A stretch of 64,000 nt of DNA, taken from NCBI RefSeq assembly GCF_009914755.1, contig NC_060925.1. One strand, given 5' to 3'. The stretch is from the human T2T-CHM13v2.0 reference genome, Homo sapiens. Below, piece by piece: positions 12,805-27,310 of this stretch. The notes below the pieces were generated by a model. That model was not told the DNA's origin, did not search any database, and saw only the letters and a program-made list of their open reading frames with translations. The position numbers were made by a program, and so were the translations under genes. Positions within the stretch are counted from its first letter, which is position 1. Every line of letters starts with the position of its first letter.

Positions 12805-15800
12805 ATGAAATTGAAATGGATGGACTCATCATCGAATGGATTCGAATGGAATCATCGAATAAAAGTGATTGAAATCATCATCGAATGGAATCGAATGGTA
12901 TCATTGAATGGAATCGAATGGAATCATCATCAGATGGAAATGAATGGAATCGTCATAGAATGGAATCGAATGGATTCATTGAATGGAATCAGATGGAATC
13001 ATCGAATGGACTGGAATGGAATCATTGAATGGACTCGAAAGGGATCATGATTGAATGGAATTGAATGGAATCATCGAATGGTCTCGATTGGAATCATTAT
13101 CAAATGGAATCGAATGGAATCACCGAATAGAATCGAATGGAACAATCATCGAATGGACTCAAATGGAATTATCCTCAAATGGAATCGAATGGAATTACCG
13201 AATGCAATCGAATGGAATTATCGAATGCAATCGAATAGAATCATCGAATGGACTCGAATGGAATCATCGAATGGAATGGAATGGAACAGTCAATGAACTC
13301 GAATGGAATCATCATTGAATGGAATCGAATGGAATCATCGAGTGGAATCGAATGGAATTATGATCAAATGGAATCGAATGTAATCATCATCAAATGGAAT
13401 CAAAAATAACCATCATCAATTGGTATTGAATGGAATTGTCATCAAATGGAATTCAAAGGAATCATCATCAAATGGAACCGAATGGAATCCTCATTGAATG
13501 GAAATGAAAGGGGTCATCATCTAATGGAATCGCATGGAATCATCATCAAATGGAATCGAATGGAATCATCATCAAATGGAATCTAATGGAATCATTGAAC
13601 AGAATTGAATGGAATCGTCATCGAATGAATTGAATGCAATCATCGAATGGTCTCGAATGGAATCATCTTCTAATGGAAAGGAATGGAATCATCGCATAGA
13701 ATCGAATGGAATTATCATCGAATGGAATCGAATGGTATCAACACCAAACGGAAAAAAACGGAATTATCGAATGGAATCGAAGAGAATCTTCGAACGGACC
13801 CGAATGGAATCATCTAATGGAATGGAATGGAATAATCCATGGACTCGAATGCAATCATCATCGAATGGAATCGAATGGAATCATCGAATGGACTCGAATG
13901 GAATAATCATTGAACGGAATCGAATGGAATCATCATCGGATGGAAACGAATGGAATCATGATCGAATGGAAATGAAAGGAGTCATCATCTAATGGAATTG
14001 CATGGAATCATCATAAAATGGAATCGAATGGAATCAACATCAAATGGAATCAAATGGAATCATTGAACGGAATTGAATGGAATCGTCATCGAATGAATTG
14101 ACTGCAATCATCGAATGGTCTCGAATGGAATCATCTTCAAATGGAATGGAATGGAATCATCGCATAGAATCGAATGGAATTATCATCGAATGGAATCGAA
14201 TGGAATCAACATCAAACGGAAAAAAACGGAATTATCGAATGGAATCGAAGAGAATCATCGAATGGACCCGAATGGAATCATCTAATGGAATGGAATGGAA
14301 TAATCCATGGACTCGAATGCAATCATCATCGAATGGAATCGAATGGAATCATCGAATGAACTCGAATGGAATCATCATTGAATGGAATCGAATGGAATCA
14401 TCGAGTGGAATCGAATGGAATTATGATCAAATGGAATTGAATGTAATCATCATCAAATGGAATCAAAAATAACCATCATCAATTGGTATTGAATGGAATT
14501 GTCATCAAATGGAATTCAAAGGAATCATCATCAAATGGAACCGAATGGAATCCTCATTGAAGGGAAATGAAAGGGGTCATCATCTAATGGAATCGCATGG
14601 AATCATCATCAAATGGAATCGAATGGAATCATCATCAAATGGAATCTAATGGAATCATTGAACAGAATTGAATGGAATCGTCATCGAATGAATTGAATGC
14701 AATCATCGAATGGTCTCGAATGGAATCATCTTCTAATGGAAAGGAATGGAATCATCGCATAGAATCGAATGGAATTATCATCGAATGGAATCGAATGGTA
14801 TCAACACCAAACGGAAAAAAACGGAATTATCGAATGGAATCGAAGAGAATCTTCGAACGGACCCGAATGGAATCATCTAATGGAATGGAATGGAATAATC
14901 CATGGACTCGAATGCAATCATCATCGAATGGAATCGAATGGAATCATCGAATGGACTCGAATGGAATAATCATTGAACGGAATCGAATGGAATCATCATC
15001 GGATGGAAACGAATGGAATCATCATCGAATGGAAATGAAAGGAGTCATCATCTAATGGAATTGCATGGAATCATCATAAAATGGAATCGAATGGAATCAA
15101 CATCAAATGGAATCAAATGGAATCATTGAACGGAATTGAATGGAATCGTCATCGAATGAATTGACTGCAATCATCGAATGGTCTCGAATGGAATCATCTT
15201 CAAATGGAATGGAATGGAATCATCGCATAGAATCGAATGGAATTATCATCGAATGGAATCGAATGGAATCAACATCAAACGGAAAAAAACGGAATTATCG
15301 AATGGAATCGAAGAGAATCATCGAATGGACCCGAATGGAATCATCTAATGGAATGGAATGGAATAATCCATGGACTCGAATGCAATCATCATCGAATGAA
15401 ATCGAATGGAATCATCGAATGGACTCGAATGGAATAATCATTGAACGGAAACGAATGGAATCATCATCGGATGGAAATGAATGGAATCATCATCGAATGG
15501 AATCGAATAGAATTATGGAATGAAATCCAGTGTGATCATCATCGAATGGACCCGAATGGAATCATCATCCAACGGAAGCTAATGGAATCAACATCGAATG
15601 AATCGAATGGAAACACCATCGAATTGAAACGAATGGAATTATCATGAAATTGAAATGGATGGACTCATCATCGAATGGATTCGAATGGAATCATCGAATA
15701 AAAGTGATTGAAATCATCATCGAATGGAATCGAATGGTATCATTGAATGGAATCGAATGGAATCATCATCAGATGGAAATGAATGGAATCGTCATAGAAT

Positions 15801-18482
15801 GGAATCGAATGGATTCATTGAATGGAATCAGATGGAATCATCGAATGGACTGGAATGGAATCATTGAATGGACTCGAAAGGGATCATGATTGAATGGAAT
15901 TGAATGGAATCATCGAATGGTCTCGATTGGAATCATTATCAAATGGAATCGAATGGAATCACCGAATAGAATCGAATGGAACAATCATCGAATGGACTCA
16001 AATGGAATTATCCTCAAATGGAATCGAATGGAATTACCGAATGCAATCGAATGGAATTATCGAATGCAATCGAATAGAATCATCGAATGGACTCGAATGG
16101 AATCATCGAATGGAATGGAATGGAACAGTCAATGAACTCGAATGGAATCATCATTGAATGGAATCGAATGGAATCATCGAGTGGAATCGAATGGAATTAT
16201 GATCAAATGGAATCGAATGTAATCATCATCAAATGGAATCAAAAATAACCATCATCAATTGGTATTGAATGGAATTGTCATCAAATGGAATTCAAAGGAA
16301 TCATCATCAAATGGAACCGAATGGAATCCTCATTGAATGGAAATGAAAGGGGTCATCATCTAATGGAATCGCATGGAATCATCATCAAATGGAATCGAAT
16401 GGAATCATCATCAAATGGAATCTAATGGAATCATTGAACAGAATTGAATGGAATCGTCATCGAATGAATTGAATGCAATCATCGAATGGTCTCGAATGGA
16501 ATCATCTTCTAATGGAAAGGAATGGAATCATCGCATAGAATCGAATGGAATTATCATCGAATGGAATCGAATGGTATCAACACCAAACGGAAAAAAACGG
16601 AATTATCGAATGGAATCGAAGAGAATCTTCGAACGGACCCGAATGGAATCATCTAATGGAATGGAATGGAATAATCCATGGACTCGAATGCAATCATCAT
16701 CGAATGGAATCGAATGGAATCATTGAATGGACTCGAATGGAATAATCATTGAACGGAATCGAATGGAATCATCATCGGATGGAAACGAATGGAATCATGA
16801 TCGAATGGAAATGAAAGGAGTCATCATCTAATGGAATTGCATGGAATCATCATAAAATGGAATCGAATGGAATCAACATCAAATGGAATCAAATGGAATC
16901 ATTGAACGGAATTGAATGGAATCGTCATCGAATGAATTGACTGCAATCATCGAATGGTCTCGAATGGAATCATCTTCAAATGGAATGGAATGGAATCATC
17001 GCATAGAATCGAATGGAATTATCATCGAATGGAATCGAATGGAATCAACATCAAACGGAAAAAAACGGAATTATCGAATGGAATCGAAGAGAATCATCGA
17101 ATGGACCCGAATGGAATCATCTAATGGAATGGAATGGAATAATCCATGGACTCGAATGCAATCATCATCGAATGGAATCGAATGGAATCATCGAATGAAC
17201 TCGAATGGAATCATCATTGAATGGAATCGAATGGAATCATCGAGTGGAATCGAATGGAATTATGATCAAATGGAATTGAATGTAATCATCATCAAATGGA
17301 ATCAAAAATAACCATCATCAATTGGTATTGAATGGAATTGTCATCAAATGGAATTCAAAGGAATCATCATCAAATGGAACCGAATGGAATCCTCATTGAA
17401 TGGAAATGAAAGGGGTCATCATCTAATGGAATCGCATGGAATCATCATCAAATGGAATCGAATGGAATCATCATCAAATGGAATCTAATGGAATCATTGA
17501 ACAGAATTGAATGGAATCGTCATCGAATGAATTGAATGCAATCATCGAATGGTCTCGAATGGAATCATCTTCTAATGGAAAGGAATGGAATCATCGCATA
17601 GAATCGAATGGAATTATCATCGAATGGAATCGAATGGTATCAACACCAAACGGAAAAAAACGGAATTATCGAATGGAATCGAAGAGAATCTTCGAACGGA
17701 CCCGAATGGAATCATCTAATGGAATGGAATGGAATAATCCATGGACTCGAATGCAATCATCATCGAATGGAATCGAATGGAATCATCGAATGGACTCGAA
17801 TGGAATAATCATTGAACGGAATCGAATGGAATCATCATCGGATGGAAACGAATGGAATCATCATCGAATGGAAATGAAAGGAGTCATCATCTAATGGAAT
17901 TGCATGGAATCATCATAAAATGGAATCGAATGGAATCAACATCAAATGGAATCAAATGGAATCATTGAACGGAATTGAATGGAATCGTCATCGAATGAAT
18001 TGACTGCAATCATCGAATGGTCTCGAATGGAATCATCTTCAAATGGAATGGAATGGAATCATCGCATAGAATCGAATGGAATTATCATCGAATGGAATCG
18101 AATGGAATCAACATCAAACGGAAAAAAACGGAATTATCGAATGGAATCGAAGAGAATCATCGAATGGACCCGAATGGAATCATCTAATGGAATGGAATGG
18201 AATAATCCATGGACTCGAATGCAATCATCATCGAATGAAATCGAATGGAATCATCGAATGGACTCGAATGGAATAATCATTGAACGGAAACGAATGGAAT
18301 CATCATCGGATGGAAATGAATGGAATCATCATCGAATGGAATCGAATAGAATTATGGAATGAAATCCAGTGTGATCATCATCGAATGGACCCGAATGGAA
18401 TCATCATCCAACGGAAGCTAATGGAATCAACATCGAATGAATCGAATGGAAACACCATCGAATTGAAACGAATGGAATTATC
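12805..18482 (+). repeat. Two tandem copies of a 2839 bp super-unit (full unit plus 1063 bp truncated unit)
   Basis: Landmark spacings 2839, 2839. Deletion junction ATCGAATGAACTCGAATGGAATCATCATTG at ~14351 and ~17190. Confidence 0.9.
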
Positions 18483-21400
18483 ATGAAATTGAAATGGATG
18501 GACTCATCATCGAATGGATTCGAATGGAATCATCGAATAAAATTGATTGAAATCATCATCGAATGGAATCGAATGGTATCATTGAATGGAATCGAATGGA
18601 ATCATCATCAGATGGAAATGAATGGAATCGTCATAGAATGGAATCGAATGGATTCATTGAATGGAATCAGATGGAATCATCGAATGGACTGGAATGGAAT
18701 CATTGAATGGACTCGAAAGGGATCATGATTGAATGGAATTGAATGGAATCATCGAATGGTCTCGATTGGAATCATTATCAAATGGAATCGAATGGAATCA
18801 CCGAATAGAATCGAATGGAACAATCATCGAATGGACTCAAATGGAATTATCCTCAAATGGAATCGAATGGAATTATCGAATGCAATCGAATGGAATTATC
18901 GAATGCAATCGAATAGAATCATCGAATGGACTCGAATGGAATCATCGAATAGAATGGAATGGAACAGTCAATGAACTCGAATGGAATCATCATTGAATGG
19001 AATCGAATGGAATCATCGAGTGGAATCGAATGGAATTATGATCAAATGGAATCGAATGTAATCATCATCAAATGGAATCAAAAATAACCATCATCAATTG
19101 GTATTGAATGGAATTGTCATCAAATGGAATTCAAAGGAATCATCATCAAATGGAACCGAATGGAATCCTCATTGAATGGAAATGAAAGGGGTCATCATCT
19201 AATGGAATTGCATGGAATCATCATCAAATGGAATCGAATGGAATCATCATCAAATGGAATCTAATGGAATCATTGAACAGAATTGAATGGACTGGTCATC
19301 GAATGAATTGAATGCAATCATCGAATGGTCTCGAATGGAATCATCTTCTAATGGAAAGGAATGGAATCATCGCATAGAATCGAATGGAATTATCATCGAA
19401 TGGAATCGAATGGTATCAACACCAAACGGAAAAAAACGGAATTATCGAATGGAATCGAAGAGAATCTTCGAACGGACCCGAATGGAATCATCTAATGGAA
19501 TGGAATGGAATAATCCATGGACTCGAATGCAATCATCATCGAATGGAATCGAATGGAATCATCGAATGGACTCGAATGGAATAATCATTGAACGGAATCG
19601 AATGGAATCATCATCCGATGGAAACGAATGGAATCATCATCGAATGGAAATGAAAGGAGTCATCATCTAATGGAATTGCATGGAATCATCATAAAATGGA
19701 ATCGAATGGAATCAACATCAAATGGAATCAAATGGAATCATTGAACGGAATTGAATGGAATCGTCATCGAATGAATTGAATGCAATCATCGAATGGTCTC
19801 GAATGGAATCATCTTCAAATGGAATGGAATGGAATCATCGCATAGAATCGAATGGAATTATCATCGAATGGAATCGAATGGAATCAACCTCAAACGTAAA
19901 AAAACGGAATTATCGAATGGAATCGAAGAGAATCATCGAATGGACCCGAATGGAATCATCTAATGGAATGGAATGGAATAATCCATGGACTCGAATGCAA
20001 TCATCATCGAATGGAATCGAATGGAATCATCGAGTGGACTCGAATGGAATAATCATTGAACGGAATCGAATGGAATCATCATCGGATGGAAATGAATGGA
20101 ATCATCATCGAATGGAATCGAATAGAATTATGGAATGAAATCCAGTGTGATCATCATCGAATGGACCCGAATGGAATCATCATCCAACGGAAGCTAATGG
20201 AATCAACATCGAATGAATCGAATGGAAACACCATCGAATTGAAACGAATGGAATTATCATGAAATTGAAATGGATGGACTCATCATCGAATGGATTCGAA
20301 TGGAATCATCGAATAAAATTGATTGAAATCATCATCGAATGGAATCGAATGGTATCATTGAATGGAATCGAATGGAATCATCATCAGATGGAAATGAATG
20401 GAATCGTCATAGAATGGAGTCGAATGGATTCATTGAATGGAATCAGATGGAATCATCGAATGGACTGGAATGGAATCATTGAATGGACTCGAAAGGGATC
20501 ATGATTGAATGGAATTGAATGGAATCATCGAATGGTCTCGATTGGAATCATTATCAAATGGAATCGAATGGAATCACCGAATAGAATCGAATGGAACAAT
20601 CATCGAATGGACTCAAATGGAATTATCCTCAAATGGAATCGAATGGAATTATCGAATGCAATCGAATGGAATTATCGAATGCAATCGAATAGAATCATCG
20701 AATGGACTCGAATGGAATCATCGAATGGAATGGAATGGAACAGTCAATGAACACGAATGGAATCATCATTGAATGGAATCGAATGGAATCATCGAGTGGA
20801 ATCGAATGGAATTATGATCAAATGGAATCGAATGTAATCATCATCAAATGGAATCAAAAATAACCATCATCAATTGGTATTGAATGGAATTGTCATCAAA
20901 TGGAATTCAAAGGAATCATCATCAAATGGAACCGAATGGAATCCTCATTTAATGGAAATGAAAGGGGTCATCATCTAATGGAATCGCATGGAATCATCAT
21001 CAAATGGAATCTAATGGAATCATTGAACAGAATTGAATGGAATCGTCATCGAATGAATTGAATGCAATCATCGAATGGTCTCGAATGGAATCATCTTCTA
21101 ATGCAAAGGAATGGAATCATCGCATAGAATCGAATGGAATTATCATCAAATGGAATCGAATGGTATCAACACCAAACGGAAAAAAACGGAATTATCGAAT
21201 GGAATCGAAGAGAATCTTCGAACGGACCCGAATGGAATCATCTAATGGAATGGAATGGAATAATCCATGGACTCGAATGCAATCATCATCGAATGGAATC
21301 GAATGGAATCATCGAATGGACTCGAATGGAATAATCATTGAACGGAATCGAATGGAATCATCATCGGATGGAAACGAATGGAATCATCATCGAATGGAAA

Positions 21401-24400
21401 TGAAAGGAGTCATCATCTAATGCAATTGCATGGAATCATCATCAAATGGAATCGAATGGAATCAACATCAAATGGAATCTAATGGAATCATTGAACAGAA
21501 TTGAATGGAATCGTCATCGAATGAATTGACTGCAATCATCGAATGGTCTCGAATGGAATCATCTTCAAATGGAATGGAATGGAATCATCGCATAGAATCG
21601 AATGGAATTATCATCGAATGGAATCGAATGGAATCAACATCAAACGGAAAAAAACGGAATTATCGAATGGAATCGAAGAGAATCATCGAATGGACCCGAA
21701 TGGAATCATCTAATGGAATGGAATGGAATAATCCATGGACTCGAATGCAATCATCATCGAATGGAATCGAATGGAATCATCGAATGGACTCGAATGGAAT
21801 AATCATTGAACGGAATCGAATGGAATCATCATCGGATGGAAATGAATGGAATCATCATCGAATGGAATCGAATAGAATTATGGAATGAAATCCAGTGTGA
21901 TCATCATCGAATGGACCCGAATGGAATCATCATCCAACGGAAGCTAATGGAATCAACATCGAATGAATCCAATGGAAACATCATCGAATTGAAACGAATG
22001 GAATTATCATGAAATTGAAATGGATGGACTCATCATCGAATGGATTCGAATGGAATCATCGAATAAAAGTGATTGAAATCATCATCGAATGGAATCGAAT
22101 GGTATCATTGAATGGAATCGAATGGAATCATCATCAGATGGAAATGAATGGAATCGTCATAGAATGGAATCGAATGGATTCATTGAATGGAATCAGATGG
22201 AATCATCGAATGGACTGGAATGGAATCATTGAATGGACTCGAAAGGGATCATGATTGAATGGAATTGAATGGAATCATCGAATGGTCTCGATTGGAATCA
22301 TTATCAAATGGAATCGAATGGAATCACCGAATAGAATCGAATGGAACAATCATCGAATGGACTCAAATGGAATTATCCTCAAATGGAATCGAATGGAATT
22401 ACCGAATGCAATCGAATGGAATTATCGAATGCAATCGAATAGAATCATCGAATGGACTCGAATGGAATCATCGAATGGAATGGAATGGAACAGTCAATGA
22501 ACTCGAATGGAATCATCATTGAATGGAATCGAATGGAATCATCGAGTGGAATCGAATGGAATTATGATCAAATGGAATCGAATGTAATCATCATCAAATG
22601 GAATCAAAAATAACCATCATCAATTGGTATTGAATGGAATTGTCATCAAATGGAATTCAAAGGAATCATCATCAAATGGAACCGAATGGAATCCTCATTG
22701 AATGGAAATGAAAGGGGTCATCATCTAATGGAATCGCATGGAATCATCATCAAATGGAATCGAATGGAATCATCATCAAATGGAATCTAATGGAATCATT
22801 GAACAGAATTGAATGGAATCGTCATCGAATGAATTGAATGCAATCATCGAATGGTCTCGAATGGAATCATCTTCTAATGGAAAGGAATGGAATCATCGCA
22901 TAGAATCGAATGGAATTATCATCGAATGGAATCGAATGGTATCAACACCAAACGGAAAAAAACGGAATTATCGAATGGAATCGAAGAGAATCTTCGAACG
23001 GACCCGAATGGAATCATCTAATGGAATGGAATGGAATAATCCATGGACTCGAATGCAATCATCATCGAATGGAATCGAATGGAATCATCGAATGGACTCG
23101 AATGGAATAATCATTGAACGGAATCGAATGGAATCATCATCGGATGGAAACGAATGGAATCATGATCGAATGGAAATGAAAGGAGTCATCATCTAATGGA
23201 ATTGCATGGAATCATCATAAAATGGAATCGAATGGAATCAACATCAAATGGAATCAAATGGAATCATTGAACGGAATTGAATGGAATCGTCATCGAATGA
23301 ATTGACTGCAATCATCGAATGGTCTCGAATGGAATCATCTTCAAATGGAATGGAATGGAATCATCGCATAGAATCGAATGGAATTATCATCGAATGGAAT
23401 CGAATGGAATCAACATCAAACGGAAAAAAACAGAATTATCGTATGGAATCTAAGAGAATCATCGAATGGACCCGAATGGAATCATCTAATGGAATGGAAT
23501 GGAATAATCCATGGACTCGAATGCAATCATCATCGAATGGAATCGAATGGAATCATCGAATGAACTCGAATGGAATAATCATTGAACGGAATCGAATGGA
23601 ATCATCATCGGATGGAAATGAATGGAATCATCATCGAATGGAATCGAATAGAATTATGGAATGAAATCCAGTGTGATCATCATCGAATGGACCCGAATGG
23701 AATCATCATCCAACGGAAGCTAATGGAATCAACATCGAATGAATCGAATGGAAACACCATCGAATTGAAACGAATGGAATTATCATGAAATTGAAACGGA
23801 TGGACACATCATCGAATGGATTCGAATGGAATCATCGAATAAAATTGATTGAAATCATCATCCAATGGAATCGAATGGTATCATTGAATGGAATCGAATG
23901 GAATCATCATCAGATGGAAATGAATGGAATCGTCATAGAATGGAATCGAATGGATTCATTGAATGGAATCAGATGGAATCATCGAATGGACTGGAATGGA
24001 ATCATTGAATGGACTCGAAAGGGATCATGATTGAATGGAATTGAATGGAATCATCGAATGGTCTCGATTGGAATCATTATCAAATGGAATCGAATGGAAT
24101 CACCGAATAGAATCGAATGGAACAATCATCGAATGGACTCAAATGGAATTATCCTCCAATGGAATCGAATGGAATTATCGAATGCAATCGAATGGAATTA
24201 TCGAATGCAATCGAATAGAATCATCGAATGGACTCGAATGGAATCATCGAATGGAATGGAATGGAACAGTCAATGAACTCGAATGGAATCATCATTGAAT
24301 GGAATCGAATGGAATCATCGAGTGGAATCGAATGGAATTATGATCAAATGGAATCGAATGTAATCATCATCAGATGGAATCAAAAATAACCATCATCAAT

Positions 24401-27310
24401 TGGTATTGAATGGAATTGTCATCAAATGGAATTCAAAGGAATCATCATCAAATGGAACCGAATGGAATCCTCATTGAATGGAAATGAAAGGGGTCATCAT
24501 CTAATGGAATCGCATGGAATCATCATCAAATGGAATCGAATGGAATCATCATCAAATGGAATCTAATGGAATCATTGAACAGAATTGAATGGAATCTTCA
24601 TCGAATGAATTGAATGCAATCATCGAATGGCCTCGAATGGAATCATCTTCTAATGGAAAGGAATGGAATCATCGCATAGAATCGAATGGAATTATCATCG
24701 AATGGAATCGAATGGTATCAACACCAAACGGAAAAAAACGGAATTATCGAATGGAATCGAAGAGAATCTTCGAACGGACCCGAATGGAATCATCTAATGG
24801 AATGGAATGGAATAATCCATGGACTCGAATGCAATCATCATCGAATGGAATCGAATGGAATCATCGAATGGACTCGAATGGAATAATCATTGAACTGAAT
24901 CGAATGGAATCATCATCGGATGGAAACGAATGGAATCATCATCGAATGGAAATGAAAGGAGTCATCATCTAATGGAATTGCATGGAATCATCATAAAATG
25001 GAATCGAATGGAATCAACATCAAATGGAATCAATTGGAATCATTCAACGGAATTGAATGGAATCGTCATCGAATGAATTGACTGCAATCATCGAATGGTC
25101 TCGAATGGAATCATCTTCAAATGGAATGGAATGGAATCATCGCATAGAATCGAATGGAATTATCATCGAATGGAATCGAATGGAATCAACATCAAACGGA
25201 AAAAAACGGAATTATCGAATGGAATCGAAGAGAATCATCGAATGGACCCGAATGGAATCATCTAATGGAATGGAATGGAATAATCCATGGACTCGAATGC
25301 AATCATCATCGAATGGAATCGAATGGAATCATCGAATGGACTCGAATGGAATAATCATTGAACGGAATCGAATGGAATCATCATCGGATGGAAATGAATG
25401 GAATCATCATCGAATGGAATCGAATAGAATTATGGAATGAAATCCAGTGTGATCATCATCGAATGGACCCGAATGGAATCATCATCCAACGGAAGCTAAT
25501 GGAATCAACATCGAATGAATCGAATGGAAACACCATCGAATTGAAACGAATGGAATTATCATGAAATTGAAATGGATGGACTCATCATCGAATGGATTCG
25601 AATGGAATCATCGAATAAAATTGATTGAAATCATCATCCAATGGAATCGAATGGTATCATTGAATGGAATCGAATGGAATCATCATCAGATGGAAATGAA
25701 TGGAATCGTCATAGAATGGAATCGAATGGATTCATTGAATGGAATCAGATGGAATCATCGAATGGACTGGAATGGAATCATTGAATGGACTCGAAAGGGA
25801 TCATGATTGAATGGAATTGAATGGAATCATCGAATGGTCTCGATTGGAATCATTATCAAATGGAATCGAATGGAATCACCGAATAGAATCGAATGGAACA
25901 ATCATCGAATGGACTCAAATGGAATTATCCTCCAATGGAATCGAATGGAATTATCGAATGCAATCGAATGGAATTATCGAATGCAATCGAATAGAATCAT
26001 CGAATGGACTCGAATGGAATCATCGAATGGAATGGAATGGAACAGTCAATGAACTCGAATGGAATCATCATTGAATGGAATCGAATGGAATCATCGAGTG
26101 GAATCGAATGGAATTATGATCAAATGGAATCTAATGTAATCATCATCCAATGGAATCAAAAATAACCATCATCAATTGGTATTGAATGGAATTGTCATCA
26201 AATGGAATTCAAAGGAATCATCATCAAATGGAACCGAATGGAATCCTCATTGAATGGAAATGAAAGGGGTCATCATCTAACGGAATCGCATGGAATCATC
26301 ATCAAATGGAATCTAATGGAATCATTGAACAGAATTGAATGGAATCGTCATCGAATGAATTGAATGCAATCATCGAATGGTCTCGAATGGAATCATCTTC
26401 TAATGGAAAGGAATGGAATCATCGCATAGAATCGAATGGAATTATCATCGAATGGAATCGAATGGTATCAACACCAAACGGAAAAAAACGGAATTATCGA
26501 ATGGAATCGAAGAGAATCTTCAAACGGACCCGAATGGAATCATCTAATGGAATGGAATGGAATAATCCATGGACTCGAATGCAATCATCATCGAATGGAA
26601 TGGAATGGAATCATCGAATGGACTCGAATGGAATAATCATTGAACGGAATCGAATGGAATCATCATCGGATGGAAACGAATGGAATCATCATCGAATGGA
26701 AATGAAAGGAGTCATCATCTAATGGAATTGCATGGAATCATCATAAAATGGAATCGAATGGAATCAACATCAAATGGAATCAAATGGAATCATTGAACGG
26801 AATTGAATGGAATCGTCATCGAATGAATTGACTGCAATCATCGAATGGTCTCGAATGGAATCATCTTCAAATGGAATGGAATGGAATCATCGCATAGAAT
26901 CGAATGGAATTATCATCGAATGGAATCGAATGGAATCAACATCAAACGGAAAAAAACGGAATTATCGAATGGAATCGAAGAGAATCATCGAATGGACCCG
27001 AATGGAATCATCTAATGGAATGGAATGGAATAATCCATGGACTCGAATGCAATCATCATCGAATGGAATCGAATGGAATCATCGAATGGACTCGAATGGA
27101 ATAATCATTGAACGGAATCGAATGGAATCATCATCGGATGGAAATGAATGGAATCATCATCGAATGGAATCGAATAGAATTATGGAATGAAATCCAGTGT
27201 GATCATCATCGAATGGACCCGAATGGAATCATCATCCAACGGAAGCTAATGGAATCAACATCGAATGAATCGAATGGAAACACCATCGAATTGAAACGAA
27301 TGGAATTATC

